From: Escherichia phage vB_EcoM_phAPEC6
Length of the DNA stretch: 64,000 nt
Reading direction: 5' to 3' (one strand)
Sequence record: MK817115.1
Both the position numbers and the translations under genes were made by a program. The number at the start of each line of letters is the position of its first letter. The first letter of the stretch is position 1. Below are positions 8,945 to 19,088 of the stretch, piece after piece. Below the pieces are notes generated by a model, which was given only the letters and a program-made list of their open reading frames with translations, was not told the DNA's origin and did no database searches.

Positions 8945-9293
8945 ATTTCAATTTATCATCAACATAATTCAAATCAACTTTAATCATCGGAGCATGGGAA
9001 CGTATAGACAGTGTTTCCATAAAGTACTGATTAAGTTTGTATGTATGGAAAAGATGAATATCTCGTTTCAACACCACCATTACTTCCCCGAACAGATCAC
9101 AGAGTTCAACTTCAGTGTTAGTTGGGTCAAACCCATAACGATTCTTTAATGTACGTGGTTCTTTATTTCGATAATAATGCACAGCTTTATTACTATTCAC
9201 TAACAAGTGATGATATGCATTACTATAAACTGAGCAAATAACTCGGCTTGGATAATTGGTATATTCTGGTAGTTCAAAATAAATTAATGACAC
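8910..9293 (-). CDS. hypothetical protein
   Basis: ORF track. Confidence 0.45.
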   Translation of the reverse strand: MSLIYFELPEYTNYPSRVICSVYSNAYHHLLVNSNKAVHYYRNKEPRTLKNRYGFDPTNTEVELCDLFGEVMVVLKRDIHLFHTYKLNQYFMETLSIRSHAPMIKVDLNYVDDKLKYDFINSLVYLE

Positions 9294-9305
9294 AATATCC
9301 TCTCA

Positions 9306-10097
9306 TTAAATTTCAAATACAAATTTAGGATTGTAATCAAAATTCTCACAAGCTCCACTGTATGATTCATAGCCTCGTGGATTACAAATGATACGTGTCT
9401 TACCAATGTGGTAGTCAAAACTACTATGAACATGACCATGAATCCAAACATCAGCACCCAAATCTTCAATGTACTGATCCATATCGGAACAGTAACAACC
9501 ATTCAGTGAATCATTTTTATATTTTGGTGAAACACTTTGATAACTTGGTGCGTGATGGGTAACCACGATTACCTTGAAATCATTATCATGCATAAAGCGA
9601 ACTGTGTCAATAGAATTTTTGATAAATTGTTTATCTTTGTGATGCATAAACTCAGTATCATCTGGTGTCAGTTTCTTACGCCAAGGCTCTGATGTTGTTC
9701 CATGACGGATATGTTTGTAATCGTTCATCTTCAGACGAGCATCAAACTTCGTCAAAGAATTACCTTTATCGAAGTCTGTCCACAGAGTACTACCAACAAG
9801 CAGTACTCCATCCAGCCATACAAATTTGTTTTGCAAAAAGATGAAATTAGGAATCTCATCTTGCATATCGGACAGTACTTTATGCGTTTTGTGGATATTG
9901 GAACCATAATATTCATGATTGCCAGGAACCAGTACTACATTCTTAAACTGCTTACATAGTGATTCTATACCAGTACGGTAACGACTGCGTTTAACTTCAT
10001 CGAAGTCCCCAGCAATAATCAGTACTGTATCACTGTAATCACCACTATGGAGGTAATCAGTACCACCGTGTACGTCAGACGTTACAACAAATTTCAT
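9306..10097 (-). CDS. calcineurin-like metallophosphoesterase
   Basis: Motifs DVHGG, GDFDE, GNHEY, GHVH. Confidence 0.7.
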   Translation of the reverse strand: MKFVVTSDVHGGTDYLHSGDYSDTVLIIAGDFDEVKRSRYRTGIESLCKQFKNVVLVPGNHEYYGSNIHKTHKVLSDMQDEIPNFIFLQNKFVWLDGVLLVGSTLWTDFDKGNSLTKFDARLKMNDYKHIRHGTTSEPWRKKLTPDDTEFMHHKDKQFIKNSIDTVRFMHDNDFKVIVVTHHAPSYQSVSPKYKNDSLNGCYCSDMDQYIEDLGADVWIHGHVHSSFDYHIGKTRIICNPRGYESYSGACENFDYNPKFVFEI

Positions 10098-10116
10098 AAT
10101 TACCTCCTATAAGTGT

Positions 10117-11535
10117 TTAGCCAAGTGATTCAATGATACTGTTTGAGAACACCTCAACAGCACTATCACGAATTTCTAAAATACGAGTATAGTCGTCACA
10201 AGTGTTTTTGTCAAATCTAAATTCAATAAACACTGGTAAGAACAGTGATGGCTCACCAGTACGCTTGTCGAATACAATGTCATTACACTCAACTGTAACC
10301 ACTTTACCAATAAGTTCTTGCATTCTTTCCCAAATGGTTTTAAATGTCCATTCAGCATCTTTCTCTTTGATACCAGTACCCACATTAACTTTCAATGAAC
10401 CACAAGCACTTTCCAGTTGTAAAGAACCTAGGCTTCCTTTACGTTTACCTTCACCTTCATTGAAACCAACAATACGCAAGTCTAGTTGCATTTTCAATTT
10501 CATTTTCAACTGCTTCGGAGAAGTGTGAGATTTCCAGATACCATCTTCACATTTCAGTACTGAACCCTCTTCACCTTCGTTCATTAGTTCACTATTGTAC
10601 TCAAATGCTTCTTTGATGTTTAGAACTTTACGGAATCCAACCATACGAACAAAATCACTATTGAGTTCGTTAATTGCATCTACTAAGATCTCGCGACGTT
10701 CTTTACGTTTTACATCCCATACACCTTCACAAAATGCATCATATGGAACAACATCCCATAGAACGAATACAGTACGCATTGCTTCATTCTGACTGATGCT
10801 ATCTTTACCAGCTTTCTGAATTATACCGTTGCCAGTAGTGCGTGGGAGAATGGTTTCCCCATCATTGTCCAGTACTACACCTTCCCCCATAAAGACCACA
10901 CCACTACTAAAACGTTCATCTTTACTTTGGATGATGTGAGCAAGACCTGCCATCTCACCATCACGACAACCCAGGAAGTCGTATAGTTTACCATTACGGG
11001 ATGTAGAAGTTAATGAACCATTAATAACAACGTGGTTCAAGTACTGACCATCCATTTTCACTTCTGATATAGCGTAACCATAATCTTTGAAGTTGATGTT
11101 CTTTGCAGTCTTTTTGTCAATCAAAGAACAACGCATATATGGTTCGTCTTTAATAAAGCCTTTACCAAATACATCATTGCAGTTCTTTTCTTGAATACCA
11201 CAATCAAGGTTTTTAGTAAGCATTTTACGGAGAACTTCCTGATCATCTTCAGATACAGAACCCAGTACTGAAGCAATGAAATCACGCCCCGCATTTCCTG
11301 TCACATCACGCTTGTAAATGCATTCTAGCTTATCAATTGCTTCATCTAACGTCATATGTTGATATACGTCATCAGCGGCAGGGAGCTTCTTATAGCCACT
11401 AACGATAGAAGGGTCTAGAGTATATTTCAGTACTTTTTGTAAAGTTACATTATCTTTATTTTGTTCAAGAATAGCTTTTTTGCCTAGTGTACTGCTAGTA
11501 TTTTTAATGCTTTCAAGAATTGCTAAAATGCTCAT
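10117..11535 (-). CDS. ATP-dependent DNA ligase (T4 gp30-like)
   Basis: EVKMDGQ (KxDG adenylation motif); N-terminus MSILAILESIKNTSSTLGKKAILEQNKDN aligns with T4 ligase MILKILNEIASIGSTKQKQAILEKNKDN. Confidence 0.9.
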   Translation of the reverse strand: MSILAILESIKNTSSTLGKKAILEQNKDNVTLQKVLKYTLDPSIVSGYKKLPAADDVYQHMTLDEAIDKLECIYKRDVTGNAGRDFIASVLGSVSEDDQEVLRKMLTKNLDCGIQEKNCNDVFGKGFIKDEPYMRCSLIDKKTAKNINFKDYGYAISEVKMDGQYLNHVVINGSLTSTSRNGKLYDFLGCRDGEMAGLAHIIQSKDERFSSGVVFMGEGVVLDNDGETILPRTTGNGIIQKAGKDSISQNEAMRTVFVLWDVVPYDAFCEGVWDVKRKERREILVDAINELNSDFVRMVGFRKVLNIKEAFEYNSELMNEGEEGSVLKCEDGIWKSHTSPKQLKMKLKMQLDLRIVGFNEGEGKRKGSLGSLQLESACGSLKVNVGTGIKEKDAEWTFKTIWERMQELIGKVVTVECNDIVFDKRTGEPSLFLPVFIEFRFDKNTCDDYTRILEIRDSAVEVFSNSIIESLG

Positions 11536-11546
11536 TGTATATTCCT

Positions 11547-12749
11547 TTATAGATAATACTTTCCAATATAAAGTGGATTACTAATTGATAGTTGAACGTG
11601 ACACGGCTTATCTTGGTAGTAACGAGAACTTGATGTTTTGCGTTCATTTGGTGGGAAGAATGGGGAACGATAGCCATTCCATGTACTAAATGATGAGTGT
11701 TCATTAATATCAACATCCATTACCATAATCCCATTATCATCAATTTGAACTGGATATGCACTAAAGCGTTCAAATTTATCATTATAATGGATATTATAAT
11801 CTCCACTACGCCCATAATAACTACGCGTTGTATTATTACTTACACCAAAAAATACGCGATATGTTTGTTCATTATCTTTAGTCATAAATGGTACGTTCTC
11901 GTTGAAACGTCCATTATTCATAAGATCATCAACATTTATTTCTTCATATTTAATTTTTAGGTCTTTTGCTTTAAATGATTTATTGTGTACCAGTACTGGA
12001 ATGTTAGATTCACCTAATGGGTTATGTCTGTTTGTTCTATAGCTTTGCCAAAAATCATTAGCAAGTTTAATTTCTTCATCTGCCGTAGTCTTCTTATTCA
12101 AGAGTGCACGAGGTTCCAGATTGTAATTATCCAAACGTTGATTCAATGCATAAGTTCCACGAGTACTGTTGAAAAGTAAATGATAAACAGAACTTTTGTC
12201 GGGGTATGCAAATTCTTTAGTTTTCTTTATACAAATTGCATGAACTTTACCGCAGTAATAGTAATCTTCTTTGAGATAAGTGAAACCATCACCAACTTTA
12301 AGACCTGCTACAGTTTCTTTTTGTTGTTCTTTTTTATTTTCTTTTTCAACTAACTTAGCAAACGTTTTTGTTTTACCATTAATTAATTCTAAGTTATTGT
12401 TGAAAAACATTGGGTCTACAAAAACACCTTTGATTATATCGTTATTGATAATTAAATCATTCATGTTTTTGGCACTAATCATAAATTCAAATCCTTCTGG
12501 GTGACGGATCGTGAAATATGTTTCTCGTGCATGAGTTGTTAATTTATCAACTACACAAAATCCCGTAGTTGGAACGTTGTCAATATATAACGATGGAAGA
12601 TTGTTCTTCTTTGCCCAGTACTCTGCTCTCTCTTTCTTTGTTTCAAACGCTTTTGTATGTGATTTTGTTGCATCGATAATAAAACCATCAACTTGGTTGT
12701 GGTTTACATAGGAACGTGCAACAAATAACTTCTCTGGAAAATCCATCAA
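11547..12749 (-). CDS. hypothetical protein (400 aa)
   Basis: ORF track; no recognised motif. Confidence 0.5.
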   Translation of the reverse strand: MMDFPEKLFVARSYVNHNQVDGFIIDATKSHTKAFETKKERAEYWAKKNNLPSLYIDNVPTTGFCVVDKLTTHARETYFTIRHPEGFEFMISAKNMNDLIINNDIIKGVFVDPMFFNNNLELINGKTKTFAKLVEKENKKEQQKETVAGLKVGDGFTYLKEDYYYCGKVHAICIKKTKEFAYPDKSSVYHLLFNSTRGTYALNQRLDNYNLEPRALLNKKTTADEEIKLANDFWQSYRTNRHNPLGESNIPVLVHNKSFKAKDLKIKYEEINVDDLMNNGRFNENVPFMTKDNEQTYRVFFGVSNNTTRSYYGRSGDYNIHYNDKFERFSAYPVQIDDNGIMVMDVDINEHSSFSTWNGYRSPFFPPNERKTSSSRYYQDKPCHVQLSISNPLYIGKYYL

Positions 12750-13165
12750 ATAGTCCTCATTGTGCTGATTGCTTTTAATGTGTCAAACAATGCACCATAT
12801 TTTACTTGCATTAGTTGATCACCAGCAGGAAGATTCATACGCATAACAGCCATGTCTTCAATCATTTCAGACGTACACAGTACTGCTACACAGGTAATAG
12901 CATCATTCAATCCAGCTTCATTGAATTTGGCAAACGGAACTTTTCCCTGTTTGCTAAGGTTGTTATAATAAGAATTTAACTTATCATGTCCACCAGCATT
13001 TAGTACTACAATAGTTTCGTGTTCATAGTACCATTCATCAATAATAGTACTGAAAGCAGTACCTTCATATTCTTTAATTAGTTTAACACCAGCATGGAAT
13101 GCTTGAATACCAGCTTGGACACCTTGGCAGTACATATTAGTTAAACAATACAATTTCATTTCCAT
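12746..13165 (-). CDS. hypothetical protein
   Basis: ORF track; ATGA-type coupling. Confidence 0.5.
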   Translation of the reverse strand: MEMKLYCLTNMYCQGVQAGIQAFHAGVKLIKEYEGTAFSTIIDEWYYEHETIVVLNAGGHDKLNSYYNNLSKQGKVPFAKFNEAGLNDAITCVAVLCTSEMIEDMAVMRMNLPAGDQLMQVKYGALFDTLKAISTMRTI

Positions 13166-13383
13166 ACCTCTTGTTTTTCTACGTAGCCTTTCCCATCACA
13201 GTGTGGACAAGCATAAAAGCTGCGGTAATCTTCTGACGGTACTTGTTGTGTTCCATTACATGTAGGACATACTTTACGTGCACCCGAAATAATACGTTCA
13301 TGGTGTTCAGCTTGTTTAGCTGAATCAAAAATACGACCATCTTCAGTTTGGTATTTTTCTACCATAACTTGAATTACTTTCAT
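13156..13383 (-). CDS. small zinc-ribbon protein
   Basis: CPTCNG ... CPHCDG two CxxC pairs. Confidence 0.5.
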   Translation of the reverse strand: MKVIQVMVEKYQTEDGRIFDSAKQAEHHERIISGARKVCPTCNGTQQVPSEDYRSFYACPHCDGKGYVEKQEVWK

Positions 13384-13393
13384 TTCTATTTCC

Positions 13394-13663
13394 TTATAAA
13401 AATGTTAAATCTTCAGTACTTAATTGTGATAATTTACCATCATATTCAATTTCAACATATACATTTTGGTCATAAACAGCAACTACACGTTTAATAACTC
13501 CAATCTTCACGACATTCTTTTTGTAGTTGAACTCAACTGAACAACCAATAAGTTTATTTGATAGAATCTCACGTATTTGATTAGCATGGTCTTTTAGGAT
13601 AGAATTAATAGATTTTTTCATAATATATCTATCATTCAAATATTTTTTAACTACATCATGCAT
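13394..13663 (-). CDS. small helix+beta family protein (family C)
   Basis: N-terminal helix then LIGCSVEF...VVKIGVIKRV beta-rich pattern shared with other family C members. Confidence 0.45.
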   Translation of the reverse strand: MHDVVKKYLNDRYIMKKSINSILKDHANQIREILSNKLIGCSVEFNYKKNVVKIGVIKRVVAVYDQNVYVEIEYDGKLSQLSTEDLTFL

Positions 13664-13668
13664 AATTA

Positions 13669-14427
13669 TTACCTTTTGAAACGATTGAATGAGTACTCAT
13701 CTTTTTCTTTACGTAAGTATCTCATTCCACCACTTTGTGGAGTAGCGAGAGTTAAGTCACCCGTCAAGAACTGACTATCAATCCAAATGCGATTACCGTA
13801 AATTAGTGGATCTGTAACTGCTGTATGTCCACTAAAGACACAATGCACTCCATCTAACTTAGGTGCATAATATGTATTATTAGTTCTACAATAATCGAAT
13901 GTTTTTCTATCCCACAAGCACTTATCAATTATATCAGCACTAAGTGATTTTGTCCCATTAACAAATCGTTCCCATGTTGTATATTCCAACGGAACTCCAG
14001 CATGAACTAACCCAATCTTCAATCCTCGGTGATTGATTTGGATAATCATAGGGAGATCCTTTAAGTACTGACGAAAGAATTGAATGCCTGTTCCTCCAAC
14101 TTCATCAAGGAATTTATCACCACCATTACTTATCCAACAATGATACCAATCTCGAAGTGTTTCCGAATCAACGCACATCATCTCATGATTACCCGCAATC
14201 ATGTAACGATTTTCTCCGAACAAAAATTCAAAAAGGAGCTTTGAATTTTGTTCTCCACGGTCGATAATATCACCTACACTGAAAACATAATCATTGTGTG
14301 TAATACCAAATTCTTTCACTGTAGCATCCCATAGTTTACCATTACCATGCAAATCACCTACAATGTATAAATCTTTATCATCAGGTACGGTTACTTCTAA
14401 GAAGTGTTTCATTATTACTCCAACCAT
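13669..14427 (-). CDS. PPP-family Ser/Thr protein phosphatase (metallophosphatase)
   Basis: GDLHG, GDIIDRG, GNHE motifs. Confidence 0.75.
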   Translation of the reverse strand: MVGVIMKHFLEVTVPDDKDLYIVGDLHGNGKLWDATVKEFGITHNDYVFSVGDIIDRGEQNSKLLFEFLFGENRYMIAGNHEMMCVDSETLRDWYHCWISNGGDKFLDEVGGTGIQFFRQYLKDLPMIIQINHRGLKIGLVHAGVPLEYTTWERFVNGTKSLSADIIDKCLWDRKTFDYCRTNNTYYAPKLDGVHCVFSGHTAVTDPLIYGNRIWIDSQFLTGDLTLATPQSGGMRYLRKEKDEYSFNRFKR

Positions 14428-14666
14428 ATAATATTAGTGTGTTTAGTAACTTGTGTTCCAGCAAAAGAACCATCTTTAAGATAAGTATTAATTTTAAAAC
14501 GCCATTCACCACCACTAATATACATATCAGTAATAATATACTTTCCATACCCTCTGGAGTTTATTAATCGTACTTCTTGACCAATATATTTTGGCTTCAG
14601 ATCATTTATAAAATCATCAGCCAAAGACATAAGATATCGCAGATGTGATAAGTCAGTGTTGAACAT
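14415..14666 (-). CDS. small helix+beta family protein (family C)
   Basis: DLKPKYIGQEVRLIN motif. Confidence 0.5.
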   Translation of the reverse strand: MFNTDLSHLRYLMSLADDFINDLKPKYIGQEVRLINSRGYGKYIITDMYISGGEWRFKINTYLKDGSFAGTQVTKHTNIIWLE

Positions 14667-14881
14667 TATTTCTTTCTCTTATATTTGTTAATAATATCTT
14701 GGGTAAGTGAAATAAAAATATATACTAATGTTACAGGCCAAATAATAGCCATCAGTGCTGCTGTTTGGAGATTCATGATAATCATGATTTCATCTTTAAA
14801 ACAACCCCAATTGAGTACTAGAAAGTTGGTTATAAATGTAACAAATGCTACAAATCCATATATTGCAAAAAATGTTATCAT
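14666..14881 (-). CDS. small membrane protein (2 TM)
   Basis: Hydrophobic segments; ORF track. Confidence 0.5.
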   Translation of the reverse strand: MITFFAIYGFVAFVTFITNFLVLNWGCFKDEIMIIMNLQTAALMAIIWPVTLVYIFISLTQDIINKYKRKK

Positions 14882-14883
14882 AA

Positions 14884-15213
14884 TTATTCCTCATCATCCA
14901 CTAAAACAAGATAATCCAAACTCAACTCGGTATCTATGTAACAATCACAATTCAAGTACTCAATTTCAGCACCTATAGTTCTCCCATTCTTAAATATCTC
15001 AATGATTTTCATTCTAGTATTGGGATTAATGTGTTCAATGTCGTATTCGTATTCAGGGTCAATATACTCACTTGTCATACGTTTGATGTATTGTTCCGAA
15101 TATCGTACAGTTTTACCTATAAGATCATTACTCAACGTCTGATAAAAATCATCTTGAATTTTGAATAATGACCTATAAAAAATATTATGTTGAATTAGTG
15201 GTTTCATTGACAT
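14884..15213 (-). CDS. small helix+beta family protein (family C)
   Basis: SNDLIGKTVRYSEQ motif. Confidence 0.5.
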   Translation of the reverse strand: MSMKPLIQHNIFYRSLFKIQDDFYQTLSNDLIGKTVRYSEQYIKRMTSEYIDPEYEYDIEHINPNTRMKIIEIFKNGRTIGAEIEYLNCDCYIDTELSLDYLVLVDDEE

Positions 15214-15830
15214 TAATCACAACTTCCAGACGATGAACTTGAATCAGAACTAGAGCTATCATAGGAACAAGAATCAGAGGAAGAACTGCTGTGACGGCTA
15301 TAATCACTGTAATCATCATTGTTGTAGATTGGTGATGTTACGATTGCTGCTGCGGTCGCTGCCGTTGCAATTTGTGCAGTATGGTCATGAACATCTAGTT
15401 TTGGTTCATCCTTAGATTTACCTTTGTTCTTACCTTTAGTGTAACGAGCTTTCTTTGCAGTTTTAGTATTTTTCTGTACTTTAGGAGCTTTTGGTTTCAC
15501 ATCTTCAACTACTGGAACTACATTCACTACAACTTTAGGATCAGTTTCTTCAAGTGTATTATACACTTTAACTTGCATTTGAACTTCAACTTCTTTAACT
15601 TCTGGAATAACTGTTTCTGGTGCTGGAGTGATTTTATCAAGTTCTTTAGTAATAAAGAAGCTTGTATTTTTCTCACCTAGCATAACAAGAAGACCAATGG
15701 CAATCACTGGACTTAGTACTGTACCAAGTACTACATAACCTAGAACACTTCTGTTATAGTTATATGCAAGCATACCAGAAATAATAATACCGATTACATA
15801 TGCACTGCTAAGAATAATTGGGGTTAACAT
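15213..15830 (-). CDS. membrane protein with Lys-rich and Ser/Asp/Cys-rich low-complexity tail
   Basis: N-terminal TM helices, then KVQKNTKTAKKARYTKGKNKGKSK and SSSSSDSCSYDSSSSDSSSSSGSCD. Confidence 0.5.
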   Translation of the reverse strand: MLTPIILSSAYVIGIIISGMLAYNYNRSVLGYVVLGTVLSPVIAIGLLVMLGEKNTSFFITKELDKITPAPETVIPEVKEVEVQMQVKVYNTLEETDPKVVVNVVPVVEDVKPKAPKVQKNTKTAKKARYTKGKNKGKSKDEPKLDVHDHTAQIATAATAAAIVTSPIYNNDDYSDYSRHSSSSSDSCSYDSSSSDSSSSSGSCD

Positions 15831-16134
15831 ATTCTACTCCTTTGTATATAAATTTACTAACTTCTTCGATGTATAAAGACAACCCTGAACGTTCATTTAG
15901 AACTAACCAAGCACCAAAACCACATCGAATCTCGGATATACGAAACTCTTCTACACTATAAATTGAATACGCGTTAAATGGACATATTTCATCAGATATA
16001 CTTACCACATAGTTATTATTAATTGAATCTAACACCTGGGTATTGTATAAATTATTAGTACTGAAAATCTGCATTAACGAGCTAGAAAGCATCTCGGTTG
16101 TCTTTTCTAATATTGTTAAAAACGAACCATTCAC
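15808..16134 (-). CDS. hypothetical protein
   Basis: ORF track. Confidence 0.45.
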   Translation of the reverse strand: MNGSFLTILEKTTEMLSSSLMQIFSTNNLYNTQVLDSINNNYVVSISDEICPFNAYSIYSVEEFRISEIRCGFGAWLVLNERSGLSLYIEEVSKFIYKGVEYVNPNYS

Positions 16135-16191
16135 TTCAACTTCTCCCTATTGGTGATGTAATCAAATTATATCACCGAATTCTGATACGTC

Positions 16192-16497
16192 TCATGATAT
16201 TCGCATTTCATCTATATATAATGAACATGATTCAGAATTATCGTCTAAACTTAAACCTAAATCGACCATCAAACCGCAATGCGTTCCCCAGAATTTCTTT
16301 ATGTATAGTTTTTTGCTACTATTACCTAAATCATAAACATATTCATTTTTAAATATACTTTTTAATTCTTCACATATACATTTTATTATCTTCATTACTT
16401 GATTATGATATTCGTATGGTATTCCATCAAGTTCGTTAATTATTAATGCAAAACCATTATCATAGTACTTAAGTTTATTGAATGTTTGTATATCCAT
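16192..16497 (-). CDS. hypothetical protein
   Basis: ORF track. Confidence 0.45.
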   Translation of the reverse strand: MDIQTFNKLKYYDNGFALIINELDGIPYEYHNQVMKIIKCICEELKSIFKNEYVYDLGNSSKKLYIKKFWGTHCGLMVDLGLSLDDNSESCSLYIDEMRIS

Positions 16498-16794
16498 TTA
16501 ATATATAATCTCACTAGCTTCTATTGTGTAGACACCATCATCAGTCATTAATCTTACTGCAACTTTAATATTACTAGACATTCGTGTAACTATCAATCCA
16601 ATAATTATACCATTCTTTAAAGTACCATTATGGTATCTAACTTTTACTTCAGTTTTATTATCAATTAAGTATCTTCTAATTATGTGTATTTCATTTCTGA
16701 ATAATTCTAAAAAAGCTTCACTATTTTCTTTATCTGACCCGTCTGAACACCAGTACAATAAATTTACTTGTTCAAATAATTTTTTTATATTCAT
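16498..16794 (-). CDS. hypothetical protein (family C-like)
   Basis: ORF track; helix then beta-rich C-terminus. Confidence 0.4.
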   Translation of the reverse strand: MNIKKLFEQVNLLYWCSDGSDKENSEAFLELFRNEIHIIRRYLIDNKTEVKVRYHNGTLKNGIIIGLIVTRMSSNIKVAVRLMTDDGVYTIEASEIIY

Positions 16795-17150
16795 AAAAAT
16801 CTCACAGATTTAATATTACTGGTTACATGATTTACCCAAGTGTTATCGAACTTGTAAACAATTGTATTAAGTGATTTATGAAAATTAACCTCGCACACTA
16901 AAGCCTTGGAACCATTGATTGTACAGACCGTGGATGGTAAGTTGTTTGCTAATATCTCTTTTTCATCTAAACATAGTGAACTAATACAATCATAATAGAG
17001 AGGTTCAAGAACTTTTTCAGTACTGAGAAAGTCAAAAGAAAGATCATCTATTAGTTTTATGTAATCGAATAAATTATGATAATATTCATTCATTGTAGAT
17101 CCTTTTAAATTTAGCATTATTAGAATATGTATATGAATGACCAAAATCAT
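16791..17150 (-). CDS. hypothetical protein
   Basis: ORF track. Confidence 0.45.
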   Translation of the reverse strand: MILVIHIHILIMLNLKGSTMNEYYHNLFDYIKLIDDLSFDFLSTEKVLEPLYYDCISSLCLDEKEILANNLPSTVCTINGSKALVCEVNFHKSLNTIVYKFDNTWVNHVTSNIKSVRFL

Positions 17151-17337
17151 TTACACCATGTACATTTAGTACACCGTCACTGAAATAAATTCGATCAATA
17201 GTGAGTTCACGTTTATAATCCCAATCATCATACCAGCACAGAACACGAATGCCTTTGTACTTTGTAGTTAAATCATTTTCTAATATAGTCAAGTAATCAA
17301 TATGACTTTTGAATATCTCTAAGTCCTGCTCAAACAT
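17086..17337 (-). CDS. small helix+beta family protein (family C)
   Basis: DLTTKYKGIRVLCW motif. Confidence 0.5.
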   Translation of the reverse strand: MFEQDLEIFKSHIDYLTILENDLTTKYKGIRVLCWYDDWDYKRELTIDRIYFSDGVLNVHGVNDFGHSYTYSNNAKFKRIYNE

Positions 17338-17597
17338 TATTGTTCCTCGTATAATTCTATATCATCAACTCCAACTTGGCGAATTGCAGTACTTCTGATG
17401 AATGTATTTTTTTCAAACAAACATACTGTTAAACGTATTTCACACTTCAATGCACTGTAATAAATCATATCAATAACACCATATGTTTCATACATTTCTA
17501 CGTATACATTTCGACCTAAGTACTTTTCTTCTAAATCAGTAATTAGACTATTGATAAGATTACCTATCTGTGTTATATCTGTGTGAAATTTATCCAT
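17337..17597 (-). CDS. small helix+beta family protein (family C)
   Basis: DLEEKYLGRNVYVE motif. Confidence 0.5.
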   Translation of the reverse strand: MDKFHTDITQIGNLINSLITDLEEKYLGRNVYVEMYETYGVIDMIYYSALKCEIRLTVCLFEKNTFIRSTAIRQVGVDDIELYEEQ

Positions 17598-17773
17598 TAT
17601 AATAAACCTCTCACATAAAACATTGATGAAAATAGATAATCATCAGTACTTGTGTTTAGATGTTTAGAAAAGCTATATTTTTTATGTTTTTTTTCGTATA
17701 AAGACAATCTATAGAACATTTCTATATTTTCTAAGTATTCTTTTTGTAATAACATCTGTGTTTTTACATTCAT
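17597..17773 (-). CDS. small hypothetical protein (MNVKTQ...)
   Basis: ATG at 17773 with AAGGA RBS; track start 17842 would run through the pnk terminator. Confidence 0.4.
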   Translation of the reverse strand: MNVKTQMLLQKEYLENIEMFYRLSLYEKKHKKYSFSKHLNTSTDDYLFSSMFYVRGLL

Positions 17774-17785
17774 TATAATATTCCT

Positions 17786-17818
17786 TAAAAGAAAAAGGGA
17801 CCAACATATGATCCCTTT
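17786..17818 (-). terminator. rho-independent terminator downstream of pnk
   Basis: AAAGGGA-(11-nt loop)-TCCCTTT then TTCTTTT on minus strand. Confidence 0.55.
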
Positions 17819-17822
17819 TGTA

Positions 17823-18755
17823 TTAGAAATTTCCTTCTGCAACTTGAAAAACTTTCAAGCCAAGTAGCTTACGCCACATGAATACGACTTGTGTTCGGTC
17901 ATCATATACCTTTTTAACATCGTAATGATCAACCACATTTTTCATGTACAGGTCGAATTTTACAACATCATCAGGACGTTTATCATCGATATCTCGCATA
18001 AACAATGCATCGTAAGGAACACCCCAATTCTTAAGCCACTGTTCGGTATCCGCACGACACCCTTCAGTACGCCCACTCATGACGATAATCTTGCGTTTAT
18101 GAAAAACTGCTTCAGCGATAATAGACAAAATAACTTCTTCATCAGGTGTATCCTGAAGAACAGTACTTTCATCGTAAGGATTACGACCCCATTTATGAGC
18201 AAGAGTTCCATCGATATCAACGATGATAGCAGCTTCGCGTGAATTACCATAGTAACCAATGTGTAATGCTTTACTATAATAGTACGTATCTGCCATTTTG
18301 TCAATGATATCATCTGGTACTGAACGCTCACGCTGGAGGTTATATTTCTTACAAAGTTTTACGAACTCTTTAATCTTAAAGAATTCATGAACATCTGCAC
18401 CACGGTCTTCATTAGGTACAAAATCATCATAGAAGTTCTTTTCTTTGTAATCATAACCATTATCTGTAGCCCATACTTTCCAGAGATTACGGAAATGTGG
18501 TTTAAGGTTTGTATCGGATACTATGATGTTCCAACCATTCTCTGCTGCTGAATTTGCTGCACTGAACTGTAAATTATCTACGTACTGCTCATTAGCATCG
18601 TTGAATTTGTAAGCATCATGTGACCCAGCCATAGATTCACGAATATCATCACGGTTGATGTTGATAGTCTTGGATTTGGCTTTTTTAATCTCTTGCACTG
18701 CCCATGTAGTTTTACCACACCCAGGCAATCCAACTGTTAGTGTGATAGTTGGCAT
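17823..18755 (-). CDS. pseT: polynucleotide 5'-kinase / 3'-phosphatase (T4 Pnk-like)
   Basis: Walker A GLPGCGKTT; phosphatase DIDGTLA; C-terminus DDRTQVVFMWRKLLGLKVFQVAEGNF aligns with T4 Pnk [25 protein letters not shown]. Confidence 0.9.
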   Translation of the reverse strand: MPTITLTVGLPGCGKTTWAVQEIKKAKSKTININRDDIRESMAGSHDAYKFNDANEQYVDNLQFSAANSAAENGWNIIVSDTNLKPHFRNLWKVWATDNGYDYKEKNFYDDFVPNEDRGADVHEFFKIKEFVKLCKKYNLQRERSVPDDIIDKMADTYYYSKALHIGYYGNSREAAIIVDIDGTLAHKWGRNPYDESTVLQDTPDEEVILSIIAEAVFHKRKIIVMSGRTEGCRADTEQWLKNWGVPYDALFMRDIDDKRPDDVVKFDLYMKNVVDHYDVKKVYDDRTQVVFMWRKLLGLKVFQVAEGNF

Positions 18756-18758
18756 CCT

Positions 18759-19088
18759 TTAATCCTCTAAAAATTTAACATGCTCTATATTATGATAGGT
18801 GAGCCATTCCTGTGGTGTTCCCTTTCGTATTAAAACACCAATATACGCAATACCATTAATTAGACCATTACTATCAGTATTCACATCAACTTTCACAATC
18901 TCGGAATCGTACCAGTGTTTAAATGTGTAATCCCAACATCTGACTTTCTTCCCAATAAGATTGCTCTTGTATTTGTCAATCATTTCATCGACGATAGTTT
19001 GTACTGAATTTTTAATTTCAGCTTCTACTGACTTTATATATAGTAAATTACTTTGTGCATTGTTTATCATTATATTTCCCAACTCCAA
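18759..19088 (-). CDS. small helix+beta family protein (family C)
   Basis: DKYKSNLIGKKVRCWD motif. Confidence 0.5.
   Translation of the reverse strand: MELGNIMINNAQSNLLYIKSVEAEIKNSVQTIVDEMIDKYKSNLIGKKVRCWDYTFKHWYDSEIVKVDVNTDSNGLINGIAYIGVLIRKGTPQEWLTYHNIEHVKFLED

Noticed and set aside
11547-12749. 400-aa ORF as RNA ligase 2 or nicotinamide phosphoribosyltransferase
   Set aside because: No KxDG adenylation motif (KVGDG does not fit) and no recognisable phosphoribosyltransferase signature; left as hypothetical.
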